NCBI GenBank assembly: GCA_965222075.1
Contig: OZ244937.1
Coordinates: 1,824,001-1,888,000, forward strand
Direction: 5' to 3'
DNA: 64,000 bases
Source: Candidatus Latescibacterota bacterium
GTDB taxonomy: Bacteria > Latescibacterota > UBA2968 > GCA-2709665
Shown here: positions 53,098 to 63,843 of the stretch, one piece after another
Layout: each line of letters opens with the position of its first letter
How positions within the stretch are numbered: the stretch's first letter is position 1
The notes under the pieces: generated by a model
Databases searched by the model: none
Told to the model about the DNA's origin: nothing
The model's input: the letters and a program-made list of their open reading frames with translations, nothing else
Translations under genes and position numbers: made by a program

Positions 53098-54174
53098 AAC
53101 CTGCTCGAACGGCAGCTCTGCAGACGGCTCGCCCGATGCGCAGAACGAAATCACGCGGTCGTAAATGGACGGCCCATTCAGCTCCCGGTAATACGCAAAC
53201 AGATATTCATTCATATACCCCGCCCACTTCCCCCCCCGCGCCTCGGCCCACGCACAGACTGCCGCATCGCTCCCCACAACCCCGTACCACTCCCGCGCGA
53301 GCTTCAGCACCCAGGTGTCCACCGGCACGGCATCGAGCCGCTCTAAGGAAAAAAGGGCGATGCACTTGCCCACCTTCAGTCCCACCCCGGTGCCCGCCAG
53401 CGCCCGAAGCCCATCCGCAACCTCCCGCCACGTCTCCAGACCGACCCGGGCCGATGCCCCTTCCAGGGTGTCCGCCACATACCGCGCCGCCGTGGCCACC
53501 CGCTCGGACCGCCAGCCGAACCGGTGGCGCCTGAAATAGCGCCCGTTCAGGTCGGCCAGCGCATCCGGAGCCGGAAACGTCCAGTATCTTTCCCCCATAA
53601 ATTCAATTTCCCGCCCCAGAATCCGTGCCAGGAAATTGATCCGCCGCTTTGTCAGCGTCATATGCGCCTGCACCGACAGCACGTATGAGATCACACACTC
53701 AAACGGTTCCTGCCGCACAAACCGGAATCCCCGCAGGAGGTCTCTTGCCCTCTGCAAATACCGGTCTCCCCTCGGCGCCCGCACCCCGGGCGCTTCGTCA
53801 ACCCGCAGATACCACCGGAGAAATTCCGGCGCCGCCACCTCGCCCACACAGGTCGCCACCCGACCCGCCGAAGCCCGGTAAAAGACCCGGTCCCCCTCCT
53901 GCCGCAGGTGAAACGCCGTCCCGTAGGCGATCCCCTTCCACCAGCCGTCCACATCCCGCCCCCACCGGAAGACCTGTCCGGAAGCCAGGATATGGCCCAG
54001 GTGGAAATCAACCGCCGCAACCGTGCCCTCCACCGGGTCTGCTGCACGCACCTCAGGTACCGGCCCTGGCGAGGCTGTCCGCTCCTGTTCGCAGCGACTC
54101 AAGGCGTAGCAGACCCGGCATACCTCCAGGCGGGCGTCAAACCGTCCGAGACATCGTGGGAAATTGTTCGTCAC
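53095..54174 (-). CDS. 8-oxoguanine DNA glycosylase/AP lyase (Ogg/HhH-GPD) family
   Basis: SGQVFRW, RQEPFECVISY, GVGLKVGKCIALFSL, VPVDTWV. Confidence 0.85.
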   Translation of the reverse strand: MTNNFPRCLGRFDARLEVCRVCYALSRCEQERTASPGPVPEVRAADPVEGTVAAVDFHLGHILASGQVFRWGRDVDGWWKGIAYGTAFHLRQEGDRVFYRASAGRVATCVGEVAAPEFLRWYLRVDEAPGVRAPRGDRYLQRARDLLRGFRFVRQEPFECVISYVLSVQAHMTLTKRRINFLARILGREIEFMGERYWTFPAPDALADLNGRYFRRHRFGWRSERVATAARYVADTLEGASARVGLETWREVADGLRALAGTGVGLKVGKCIALFSLERLDAVPVDTWVLKLAREWYGVVGSDAAVCAWAEARGGKWAGYMNEYLFAYYRELNGPSIYDRVISFCASGEPSAELPFEQV

Positions 54175-54366
54175 TCACACGCGCTGAATAAATCGGCTGG
54201 GTTGCATGGACTTTCTTGAAATACAGACTCGGCTTGCTCAAACAGCCTGTATGCTTCCTGCCAGGCTGCGCGATAACGCTTTTTTGTAATATATCTTTAT
54301 TTATTGCCATAAACAAGCGGCATCACGAGGGTGTCCCCATTACGAAAATCTCGCAGAATGCCCCGG

Positions 54367-54395
54367 CCTGCCGAGCAGAACTCGGCGCAGGCAGG
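54367..54395. repeat. 29 bp variant palindromic mini-element (intergenic)
   Basis: cctgccgagcagaactcggcgcaggcagg. Confidence 0.7.
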
Positions 54396-54527
54396 CCACC
54401 CGCTCTGCGGGTGGTCGTTGATTCGGAGAATTGGTATCTTTATATTGTAAAGATCACTTCTAACTCCTTTGCTGTTTGAGAGAGAGCCATTGTTGGCTTC
54501 CAGGGATAGTCTACAGAGGTAAAGTCC

Positions 54528-55845
54528 ATGAGACAGAGAAGGATTTACACATTTGTGGTTGTGGCCTTATGTCTCGGGGGAAGTATTGAAGCGAGTGTCG
54601 AAAGAGAAAGCGCTGATTCGCTCTACCAGGCAGCCGTGGAGCAGATTGGACGTGTTCCTGTGAAGGAAGGTATCAGAGCGTTTCGTCGTGTTCTGAAGGC
54701 AGATCCGAAGTATGCGCCGGCGCACCATGAGATCGCCAGGCTATATATGGTTCTCAATACACCGATCTATCGCAGTCAGGCACGCTTTGCACTGGACAGA
54801 GCCATTCGTCTGGATCCGCAGAGTGTGACGTATCAACAGACCCTGGGCGATCTATTGTGGGCTCAGGAATACTGGGACAATGCTGCAGAACAGTATAAGA
54901 AAGTGTTGAAAGTGCATCCTGAACAGGCAGAAGCGGCATATAAGGTTGGTTGGCATGCTCTTATGAACTTTATGAAGTATAAGGATATGGAGCATTTGGA
55001 CGTGATACACGCAGTCAAAAGTGTAGGTGGCACAAGCCATCACATGTTCCACTGGAAGCAGTCTGCTAAGGAAAACTACGACAAAGCCATTGCGTATCTG
55101 AATCAGAGCATAGAGGCTGCCCCCAGGTTTCGAGATGCGTACTACCGGTTGGGGCTTGTCTACCTTGAAAGCGATCAACCGGATGGCTTGATCCATACGT
55201 CAGTCCGGTTGTTGGACCAGGTACCGGGCGATAAAGATGCGCTTCTCTTCTGTGGGCTTGGATATCAGTCTACGGGCGATGAAGAGGTGGCTTATGAATA
55301 CTATATCAGAGCAGTTAGCCTGATGGGTCTCGAAGAACGAGCCGTGATGGAGTCGGTGGATCTGATTGGGCGCAGTCGGTGGATCTGATTGCTACAAAAG
55401 AGGAGCGCAAACAGATCGCTCTGGCCAGTGTGCAGGATACCTCTCAGACGTGGGAGGACAGCGCAGTGCGAGCGCGGTTCTGGCGCAGGCAGGACCCGCT
55501 CTTTCTCACAGGATTCAACGAGCGACGGATGGAGCATTACGGCCGAGTAGCCTATGCCAATCTTCGCTTCAGTCGACCGTCGAGGGAGATTGAGGGATGG
55601 CAGACGGATATGGGTAAGGCATACATCAAGTTCGGACGCTATCTGGATCGAAAGACGCAGAGAGCAGATATTGATATACCGATGGATGATAAATCGATAA
55701 GCTCTGAGGTAACGACAGACAGGATTTCTGACGGCCTGGCAACCAGCAGGAGCAGAGTCAGTCGAGCAATGGACGCGTGGAATACATCTCAACAGAAAGA
55801 GACCTGGTTCTATGAAGGATTCAAAGTTGCGTTCCGGGTCCCAAT
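54528..55845 (+). pseudogene. TPR plus GWxTD domain protein, frameshifted at 55351-55391 and apparently truncated by the TA module
   Basis: Signal peptide, TPR repeats, FWRRQDPLFLTGFNERRMEHYGRVAYANLRF..EGWQTDMG. Confidence 0.8.
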
Positions 55846-55850
55846 CGGGG

Positions 55851-55882
55851 TTGACAAAAGTCAAGCAGAAGTTTTATATAAT
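55851..55882 (+). promoter_or_regulatory. Promoter with TTGACAAAAGTCAA palindrome
   Basis: Same 14-mer as 44615-44628, followed by TTATATAAT and GGAGG. Confidence 0.75.
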
Positions 55883-55896
55883 ATGGAGGTTATATT

Positions 55897-56274
55897 ATGG
55901 GCAGGGCGATGGATTTGATAGATCGGGTGGTATCGGGAGAGGATGCTAAGGTGGTTGTGGGGGGTTTACGTGAGAGTCGGGGAAAGGATACGGAAGAGGG
56001 TAAGGGGGATCTACGGGAGCGTGCGGAGCATTTTGTTAGTGAAGAAAAGGAGGATGTTATGGGTGTTGTTAGTGGTGCGCTGAGGTTGATTGGGCGCGTT
56101 ATGGGGGGTGCGCGTCCTAAAGAAGTGATTCAGGAAAATACGGATGAGGACCCGTTTCTGGCTCAATCGTTGCAGATTGATGAGGATATTCGCACTGGCA
56201 AGAACCGGATGCTGTCGGCCGAGGAATCCCAGAGGGCGATTGATAGATTGAAAAAGAAGTGGGGTATGTCTTGA
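55897..56274 (+). CDS. Putative antitoxin (internal start at 56059 is homologous to 44325-44543)
   Basis: SLQIDEDIRTGKNRMLS; second AAGGAGG RBS before 56059. Confidence 0.65.
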   Translation: MGRAMDLIDRVVSGEDAKVVVGGLRESRGKDTEEGKGDLRERAEHFVSEEKEDVMGVVSGALRLIGRVMGGARPKEVIQENTDEDPFLAQSLQIDEDIRTGKNRMLSAEESQRAIDRLKKKWGMS

Positions 56275-56588
56275 GTAAGCGTCGGAGGGGCAAGGGGGGA
56301 AAGGATGAGCCGAGGGTTCAGGAAGAGCCCAGGATTATTCTTTTTGGTCTGGCCCTTAAGATGCTGGAGACTCTGCAACCCAATATAGGTCGTTTGGTTA
56401 TGCAGAGGATCGAGGTTCTTAAAGATCCTCTGCATAGGCGGGGTTCGATCAAGATACAGGGGCGTCCTGCCAACGATCCGATGTTTAGAATTGAGTCTGG
56501 AAATTATAGGATTTTCTACAAGAGAGTTGGCTCCGACATTCACGTAGTTGATATACGTCATCGTCAAGGGGCTTATAAGAAGGGATAA
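56271..56588 (+). CDS. RelE/ParE family toxin, paralog of 43981-44328
   Basis: KIQGRPANDPMFRIESGNYRIFYKRVG..IHVVDIRHRQGAY. Confidence 0.8.
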   Translation: MSKRRRGKGGKDEPRVQEEPRIILFGLALKMLETLQPNIGRLVMQRIEVLKDPLHRRGSIKIQGRPANDPMFRIESGNYRIFYKRVGSDIHVVDIRHRQGAYKKG

Positions 56589-56862
56589 GGAGGGTGTGAT
56601 GGGCGCTACGAAGGGCGGTAATCAGGAGCGGAGGGCTTGCGAAAGTTGCCAGCGTTGCGGCGATGGGAATTGATACCTATGCCTGGTCACCTGTTGGGAT
56701 TACTTTCTCCCGGTCCAATACCGCTACGACTGAGAAGACCGTGATTCTGAGCAGTTCTAAAGGGAAAGATAAATTTTCTCGACAAATAACCATCTGCCGC
56801 GCCACCTCGCAGCCCCGGCCCCAAACCGGGTGAGCACGTGCAACAGCCCTTGACTGAAGCAA

Positions 56863-59304
56863 TTGAATGGTGTATCATACCAGGCAGGTGATTGCTTTTC
56901 CCATCGTTTAGAAAATCCCCAAACCCTGGGAAAACCCGTGGGAATTGAGCCATCTCAGACATCCGCATCCTCCCTCCACGAAGAGGTCCCCGGGGAGATC
57001 CTTGCCGAGCTGAACGGCCTGATTGATCCGGGTGAAAAAATCCGCCTCTCGGTCTCTACCGATATCCATCTCGACGGTGTTTACGGCTCTGCCTGGCTCC
57101 TGGCCACCGACCTCCACCTGATCATGGTCAGCCCGGACGGGAAGGCCTCCCCCCAGACCGTCCGGATTCTTCTCTCGGAGATCACCGAAGTAGAGATCCG
57201 TTCCCTGTTCGGCGGCGGCGTCCTCAAAGTCCGCACCGCCCGCGAAGGCACCACGGTCGCCTTCTTCTCAAAATCCCTCATCCCGAAATTTTCGAAGGTC
57301 CCCCATGAAATCGAGACCCTCGTCAAACAGGCCAGACCTGTAGACGAGGCGGAAGAGATCGTTAAGAAAAACCTGGACGGGACGAACGTCAAGAAAAGGC
57401 GGTGCGAGACGTGCGGCCAGGTGATTCCCCACTGGATGGGCGTCTGTCCGGCCTGCCTCGACAGGGGCAAACTGCTCTTCAGGCTCCTGAAATATTCCCT
57501 CCCCTACTGGAAACTTGCCGCGTGCAGCCTCCTGCTTCTGCTCACCGCCACCACCATCGGCCTGATGCCTCCGCTCCTTATGAGCGAACTCATCGACGAG
57601 GTGCTCGCCCCGGCAGCGGGCAGGGCCGCCCCCGTCGTCCCGCACCCCCGTACGGAGATCCGGTCCCAGCCCCCGCGTGAACGCGCGGCCCCGGTCCGTC
57701 CGGCAGGAAGCGAGAGCCGGGAAACGCTCGCCATCCTGGTCTTCCTCCTCCTGCTCGTCAACATCTCGCGGAACGGTCTCAGTGCTTTTCGATCCTACCT
57801 GATGGCCCTTCTGGGCCAGAGAATTACGTTCAACCTCCGGCACGAGGTCTACCAGCACCTCCACCACCTCTCCCTCAGCTTTTACAACGAACGGGAGACG
57901 GGACGCATTATGGCCAGCGTCACCCAGGACGTCAACCGGCTTCAGGACTTCATCAGCGATGGGCTCCAGGAAGTCATCCGGAACATCGCGACCCTGATCA
58001 TCATCTGCATCATTCTCTTCTCTCGAAACGCCGGTCTGGCCGCCCTCGTCCTTCTCCCCACGCCCCTCCTGGTGTTCGCCACGATCCACTTCGGCGAGCG
58101 GCTCCACCACGTCTACCACGGCCTCTGGCGGCGGTGGGCGGGGCTCAGCGCTCTTTTGGCCGATGTCATTCCGGGCGTCCGGGTGGTCAAGGCCTTCGCC
58201 CAGGAGAAGCGGGAGGTCAGCCGGTTCGAAGGGACAAGCTGGGACCTGTTGAGCGGAGAAATCCGGGTTGCCCGCATCCGAAGCGTCTTTACCCCGATTA
58301 TGACCTTCCTGACCTCCCTGGGCACCCTCATCATCTGGTGGGTGGGCGGCAACAAGGTCCTGGGCGGGAGCCTCACGCTGGGCGACTTCGTCGCCTTTAC
58401 CGCCTATATGTGGCAGTTCTACGGCCCTGTGGAAAGCCTCTGCCGCCTCAACCACCGCTTCCAGCGCGCCGCCACCTCCGCCGAACGCGTCTTTGAGGTC
58501 CTGGACACCCAGACCGATGTGATCGACAAACCCAATGCCATCCCCATGCCTCGAATCCAGGGACGGGTGGCGTTCTCCAACGTCACCTTCGCATACGAGC
58601 CCGGAAAGCCGGTCCTCAAAGACCTGAACTTCACCGCGCAACCCGGAGAGATGATCGGCCTGGCCGGACACAGCGGCGCAGGCAAGTCCACCCTGATCAA
58701 CCTCATCTGCCGGTTCTACGACTTGCAGGAAGGGTCGATCCTCATCGACGGACACAACATCCGCGACGTCGGCCTCAAGTCCCTTCGAGAACAGATCGGG
58801 GTCGTCCTCCAGGACCCCTTTCTCTTCAACGGCACCGTGGCCGAGAACATCGCCTACGGCAAACCCGAAGCCTCCATGGACGAAATCGTCGCCGCGGCGG
58901 CGGCCGCCAACGCCCACGACTTTATCCTCAACTTCCCGGAAGGCTACGACACCCCCGTTGGCGAGCGGGGCGTCCGCGTCTCCGGTGGTGAACGCCAGCG
59001 CCTCTCCATTGCCCGGGCCATCCTCCGCAATCCCCGCATCCTTATCCTGGACGAAGCCACCGCCAGCGTAGACACCCAGACCGAAGCCCAGATCCAGGAG
59101 GCCCTGGAACGCCTCATCAAAGGCCGCACAACCTTCGCCATCGCGCACCGTCTCTCCACCCTGAAGAACGCAGACCGCCTCCTCATTCTGGACAAAGGCG
59201 AACTCGCCGAAATCGGAACGCACCACGAGCTCATCGCCCGGGACGGCATCTACGCCAAACTCTGCCGGATGCAGATGGAAATGTCAAAAATCAGGGCCTG
59301 GTGA
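56863..59304 (+). CDS. ABC exporter, fused permease/ATPase with an N-terminal extension and Zn ribbon (start uncertain)
   Basis: CETC..CPAC, transmembrane domain, GHSGAGKST, VSGGERQR, ILDEAT. Confidence 0.92.
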   Translation: MNGVSYQAGDCFSHRLENPQTLGKPVGIEPSQTSASSLHEEVPGEILAELNGLIDPGEKIRLSVSTDIHLDGVYGSAWLLATDLHLIMVSPDGKASPQTVRILLSEITEVEIRSLFGGGVLKVRTAREGTTVAFFSKSLIPKFSKVPHEIETLVKQARPVDEAEEIVKKNLDGTNVKKRRCETCGQVIPHWMGVCPACLDRGKLLFRLLKYSLPYWKLAACSLLLLLTATTIGLMPPLLMSELIDEVLAPAAGRAAPVVPHPRTEIRSQPPRERAAPVRPAGSESRETLAILVFLLLLVNISRNGLSAFRSYLMALLGQRITFNLRHEVYQHLHHLSLSFYNERETGRIMASVTQDVNRLQDFISDGLQEVIRNIATLIIICIILFSRNAGLAALVLLPTPLLVFATIHFGERLHHVYHGLWRRWAGLSALLADVIPGVRVVKAFAQEKREVSRFEGTSWDLLSGEIRVARIRSVFTPIMTFLTSLGTLIIWWVGGNKVLGGSLTLGDFVAFTAYMWQFYGPVESLCRLNHRFQRAATSAERVFEVLDTQTDVIDKPNAIPMPRIQGRVAFSNVTFAYEPGKPVLKDLNFTAQPGEMIGLAGHSGAGKSTLINLICRFYDLQEGSILIDGHNIRDVGLKSLREQIGVVLQDPFLFNGTVAENIAYGKPEASMDEIVAAAAAANAHDFILNFPEGYDTPVGERGVRVSGGERQRLSIARAILRNPRILILDEATASVDTQTEAQIQEALERLIKGRTTFAIAHRLSTLKNADRLLILDKGELAEIGTHHELIARDGIYAKLCRMQMEMSKIRAW

Positions 59305-59305
59305 A

Positions 59306-59812
59306 ATGGAACAACCCTACACCCTGAAGCAGGAGCTCAACCTCCTTGACCCCAAACGCCTCCGTCTCTACCTCGACGAGTTCGAGGAACTGACGGTGGA
59401 ATTGGACGGCGTTCCCCGGCCCGTAACTGCCCTGCGGGCCTTTCCACTGACCGCCGCCGACCAGTTCGTCATCCTCAGGCACAGCGATGGCTCTGAGCTG
59501 GGCGCCATCCGAAACACCTCCGATCTGAACCCGGATAGCCGCAGGGTGCTGGCTGCGGAACTGGAAAGGAACTATTTTACCCCCAGAATCGTCCAAGTCA
59601 ACGCCATCGAAGTGAACTACCACGTCCCCAAATGGGACGTACAGACCGACCGGGGGCCCAGGATCTTCGAGATCCGGAGCACCCGCCGGGACATCCTCAC
59701 CCTGAGCGGCGGCCGCATCCTCATCCGGGACGCCGACGGCAACCGCTACGAAATCCCCGACTACCACCGGCTCGACCCCGTCAGTCAGGGCCTGATTGAG
59801 ACCCAGATCTGA
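59306..59812 (+). CDS. DUF1854 domain protein
   Basis: RAFPLT, ELERNYFTPRI, WDVQTDRG, DADGNRYEIPD. Confidence 0.85.
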   Translation: MEQPYTLKQELNLLDPKRLRLYLDEFEELTVELDGVPRPVTALRAFPLTAADQFVILRHSDGSELGAIRNTSDLNPDSRRVLAAELERNYFTPRIVQVNAIEVNYHVPKWDVQTDRGPRIFEIRSTRRDILTLSGGRILIRDADGNRYEIPDYHRLDPVSQGLIETQI

Positions 59813-59902
59813 CCTTGACAATCCGCAGACCGGCTCTTATACTCATATTAGGCCCTGAGCAAGCAGCTGCTTTCTTTCACCCCCCGCCTTGAGGACCTGT
59901 CC

Positions 59903-62900
59903 ATGAAGCTCTCCGAATATGCCATCCGCAAGCCGATCACCACGGTCATGGTCGCCATCAGCGTGATGGTGCTGGGGGGCATCTCCCTCTTCCGCCTCCC
60001 GCTGGAATACCTGCCCGATTTCTCCTGGCCCGCCATGTACATTAACGTCAACTACCCCTCTTCCTCGCCGGTGGAAATCGAACGGGAGATCACCCGGCCC
60101 ATCGAAGAGGTCATGGGCACCCTCTCCCACATCAAAGCGCTCAGCTCCAACTCCTACGACAGCCGCTCTTCGGTCCGCATCGAGTTCGACTTCGGCACTG
60201 ACATGGACCTGATGGCCGTGCAGGTCCGGGACCGCTTGGATCAGGTGCGCAGAGACCTTCCCGACGACGTAGAACGGATCCAGATCCGTCGCTGGAACAC
60301 CGAAGACCTGCCCATCCTTACCTATAACCTGATGTGGATGAGCGGTGATGAGTCGGAACTCGCCGACATCTACAAACAGACCGTTCTCCCCCGGCTGCAG
60401 CGGCTGGAGGGGGTGGGCAGCGTGGACATGAGGGGCATCGACGAGAAGGCCCTCCTTGTTGAAGTAGATCAGAACCTCCTCAACGCCCACCACCTGGACA
60501 TCCGGGCGCTGAGCTGGGCCATCCGCAACAACAACGTCAACACCTCCGCCGGGTACGTCCAGGACGCGGACAAACGCTTTGCCGTGCGCTCCGTCGGGGA
60601 GTTTGAGGAGGTGGACCAAATCCGGCGCCTGCCCATCCGCAATGGCATTGAAATCGGACACGTGGCGGACGTCAGCTACGACTACCCCGAAAAGAAATGG
60701 TTCGAGCGCCTGGACGGCCGGAATGCAGTCACCGTCGAAATCAGGAAATCCTCCACCGCCAACCTGGTCGCCACGGCCGATCTCGTCAAAGCCGAAATGG
60801 CAGGCATTCTGACCGATGTGGGCAGTGACAGAGTCCGGGCGCAGATTGTTCGGGACCGCTCGCTCGACGTCACGAAGGGCATCTCCAGCCTCTCCCAGTC
60901 GGCCATCCTGGGTGGCATCCTGGCCATTTCGATCATCTTTATCTTTCTCCGAAACTTCCGAAGCACCCTCATCATCGGCTCGGCCATTCCCATTTCCGTC
61001 CTCTGTGTCTTCATGACCATGTACCTTATGCGACAATTCTTCGGCGCCACCATCACCCTCAATCTGATGTCCATGATGGGGCTGATGGTCGCCATCGGCA
61101 TGCTCGTCGATCCAGCGGTGGTGGCCTTGGAAAATATCTTCCGAAAGCGCTTCGATGAAAAGCAGGACGCCTGGACGGCCGCCCTGGAGGGCAGCCGCGA
61201 GATCGGCATGCCCGTCCTGGCCGCCGCCCTGACCACCATCTGTGTCTTCGTACCCATTGTCTTTGTAACCGACTCCCGCTCTTCGCTCTTTATGAGGGAC
61301 TTCGCCCTGACCATTGTGATCTCGGTTGTTGCTTCCCTCTGCGTGGCCCTCTCCCTTATCCCCCTGGCCGGGTCCCGCGCCTTCCGGAAGGACGCATCTC
61401 GCCTCGACCTGTGGATCAAAATCGGCCTATCGTCAATCCTGCTGGGGCTCATCGCCCATCAGGTCTACACCACAGGCCTGCAGGAGGTCGTCCGCTGGAG
61501 CTGGGCGAGCCTGACCGGCTTCCTGGGCGGGCTGTCCGCTGTGCCCCCACTCGCCTGGGGCCTGCTCGGCGCGCTCCTGACCATCATCGCCGTCCTCTAT
61601 GGCTATTGCCGCGCTCGAAAGATCGAGCTCAAGGCCCTCTACGCGCGGGTGGTCAACACCACCCTCCGCTACCGCTGGACCACCGTGGCCGTATCGTGCG
61701 CCCTCCTCGCGGTCGGCTACCACTTCTACACCAAAATCGAAAAACAACCCTACCGATGGCAGCCCACGCGGCGGGTGAGTTTCCTCGTAGAACTCCCCAG
61801 GAACTACGACACCCAAGACGCCCTCGTCCTCTTTCAACAGATCGAAAACATCCTGCTGCCCCACAAGAAAGAACTCGACATCGAAGCGATCAGCACGCGG
61901 TTCAGCAATCGGCGCAGCAACAGCATCAGCATCTACCTGGTCCCCGCCGACGAAGGCAAACTGACCACCGACGAGGTCCAGAAGAAGGTCCAGGCCCTTA
62001 TCCCCCAGGACATCCCCGGCGTCCGGATCAAGGCTGGGCGATCCTGGCGCAGTTCCAATACGGGCGTCGGCGTTGAAATCAAGGGCCGCAACCCCAAAGT
62101 GCTCGCCATGCTGGCCGAGGACATCAAGCTCCGCATGCAGGACATGCAGGGAGTACACGAAGTGGAAACCAGCTTAGAGAGCGGGCTGGAGGAGATCCGG
62201 GTCACCGTCAACCGGCAGCGGGCCCAGCGCTATGGCCTCTCTCCCCGCCAGATCGCCACCACCATTTCCACTGCTCTGGGCACCCGGGGGAACAGCAAGT
62301 TTAAAACCGATGACAGGGAAATCGACATCAACGTGCAGCTCAAAGAAGAGGACCGGGCCACCCTGGAACAGCTCAAAAACGCCGTCTTCGAAAGCGACAA
62401 CGGAGACCTGGTCTCCTTTGCCAGCCTGGCCGACTTTCGGGTCAAAAAAGGCCCCAACACCCTGGAGCGGCAAGACCGGATGTCCACCGTCACCGTCTTT
62501 GCAAACACCGAGCAGTGGGCCCGCTTCCGCGTGGGCAGGGAGATGATGGACCGAATGCAGGAAATTCCCCTGCCCAACGGATACACCTGGCAGATGGACC
62601 GAAGGTTTCGCTGGATGTCCCAGGAACAGGGCGAGACCAACTTCACCATGCTCTTTGCAGCCGTACTCATCTACCTGATTATGGCCTCCCTCTTCGAATC
62701 CTACGTCCATCCCTTCACGATCATGTTCTCCATCTGCTTCGCCTTTATTGGCGTGTCCATCGGTCTTTATACCTTCAACCTCGCCCTGGACAGCAATGCC
62801 ACCTACGGCATGTTGATCCTCTTCGGCATCGTGGTCAACAACGGCATCGTACTCATCGACCACATCAACCGCTACCGCAAACAGGGCCTCTTCCGGCGGG

Positions 62901-63172
62901 AGGCGATCGTCCGGGGTGGGCAGGACCGCCTCCGTCCCATCCTGATGACGGCCACCACCACCATCCTTGGCCTCACCCCCCTGGTCATCCCGATGATCTA
63001 TGGCACCGCCGAGGGCAACGCCCGGCGCTGGGGTCCCATCGGGCTGGTGGTCATCTCCGGCCTGATGGTCTCCACCCTGCTCACCCTGGTTATCCTGCCC
63101 ACGATCTACTCCCTTATGGACGACCTGGCGCGCTACACCAAGCGGGTGGTGGCTTCGGCAAGGTCGGCGTGA
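59903..63172 (+). CDS. RND efflux transporter permease (AcrB/AcrD/AcrF family)
   Basis: AIGMLVDPAVVALENIFR, GIVVNNGIVLID, RLRPILMT. Confidence 0.95.
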   Translation: MKLSEYAIRKPITTVMVAISVMVLGGISLFRLPLEYLPDFSWPAMYINVNYPSSSPVEIEREITRPIEEVMGTLSHIKALSSNSYDSRSSVRIEFDFGTDMDLMAVQVRDRLDQVRRDLPDDVERIQIRRWNTEDLPILTYNLMWMSGDESELADIYKQTVLPRLQRLEGVGSVDMRGIDEKALLVEVDQNLLNAHHLDIRALSWAIRNNNVNTSAGYVQDADKRFAVRSVGEFEEVDQIRRLPIRNGIEIGHVADVSYDYPEKKWFERLDGRNAVTVEIRKSSTANLVATADLVKAEMAGILTDVGSDRVRAQIVRDRSLDVTKGISSLSQSAILGGILAISIIFIFLRNFRSTLIIGSAIPISVLCVFMTMYLMRQFFGATITLNLMSMMGLMVAIGMLVDPAVVALENIFRKRFDEKQDAWTAALEGSREIGMPVLAAALTTICVFVPIVFVTDSRSSLFMRDFALTIVISVVASLCVALSLIPLAGSRAFRKDASRLDLWIKIGLSSILLGLIAHQVYTTGLQEVVRWSWASLTGFLGGLSAVPPLAWGLLGALLTIIAVLYGYCRARKIELKALYARVVNTTLRYRWTTVAVSCALLAVGYHFYTKIEKQPYRWQPTRRVSFLVELPRNYDTQDALVLFQQIENILLPHKKELDIEAISTRFSNRRSNSISIYLVPADEGKLTTDEVQKKVQALIPQDIPGVRIKAGRSWRSSNTGVGVEIKGRNPKVLAMLAEDIKLRMQDMQGVHEVETSLESGLEEIRVTVNRQRAQRYGLSPRQIATTISTALGTRGNSKFKTDDREIDINVQLKEEDRATLEQLKNAVFESDNGDLVSFASLADFRVKKGPNTLERQDRMSTVTVFANTEQWARFRVGREMMDRMQEIPLPNGYTWQMDRRFRWMSQEQGETNFTMLFAAVLIYLIMASLFESYVHPFTIMFSICFAFIGVSIGLYTFNLALDSNATYGMLILFGIVVNNGIVLIDHINRYRKQGLFRREAIVRGGQDRLRPILMTATTTILGLTPLVIPMIYGTAEGNARRWGPIGLVVISGLMVSTLLTLVILPTIYSLMDDLARYTKRVVASARSA

Positions 63173-63843
63173 AAGCGGTCGCCGTTGTCCTCCTCAGCGG
63201 CGGACTCGACAGTTGTGTTACCGCCGCCGTTGCCGCCCAATCCCACGACCTGGCCCTGCTCCACCTCACGTACGGGCAGCGCACCCAAACCCGGGAACGC
63301 CAGGCCTTCTCCGACATTGCCGATTTCTACGGCGTCCCTCCAAAGAGGCGCACCATCCTCCAGACCGATGCGCTGTCCCGAATCGGCGGGTCTGCGCTTA
63401 CCGATCCGGACGTTCCCGTTCCCGACGCCGACCTCCAGCGTCCCCACGTCCCGATCACTTATGTCCCCTTCCGAAACGCCCACCTCCTCTGCCTGGGCGT
63501 CTCCTGGGCCGAAACCCTCCGCGCCCGGTCCGTCTACATCGGCGTCGTGGAAGAGGACGGCTCCGGGTATCCCGACTGCACGGAGGCCTTCTGCTCTGCC
63601 TTTGCCCGGGCCGTAACGGCCGGCATCCGCCCGGACGCGAATATCCGGATCCACACGCCGGTGATCCACCACGCCAAAACGCAAATCGTACGCCTGGGCG
63701 CGGATCTGGGCGCGCCCCTGCACCTCACCTGGTCCTGCTACAGCCGGGAGGACATCGCCTGCGGCCGGTGCGACAGCTGCGCCCTCCGTCTCCGCGCCTT
63801 TCAAAACGCCGGCATATTCGATCCCGTTCCTTACCAGTCTTAG
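63169..63843 (+). CDS. queC: 7-cyano-7-deazaguanine synthase
   Basis: LLSGGLDS, YGQRT, TYVPFRN, GYPDC, TWSCY...CGRCDSC. Confidence 0.95.
   Translation: MKAVAVVLLSGGLDSCVTAAVAAQSHDLALLHLTYGQRTQTRERQAFSDIADFYGVPPKRRTILQTDALSRIGGSALTDPDVPVPDADLQRPHVPITYVPFRNAHLLCLGVSWAETLRARSVYIGVVEEDGSGYPDCTEAFCSAFARAVTAGIRPDANIRIHTPVIHHAKTQIVRLGADLGAPLHLTWSCYSREDIACGRCDSCALRLRAFQNAGIFDPVPYQS

Noticed and set aside
62515-63168. Long N-terminal extension of QueC
   Set aside because: Shadow frame of the RND gene; the real start is GTG 63169.
63169-63843. queC as part of a DNA deazaguanine-modification (dpd) or Qat defence system
   Set aside because: Canonical length, backbone composition and no dpd/qat partners in the window; tRNA queuosine synthesis is more likely.
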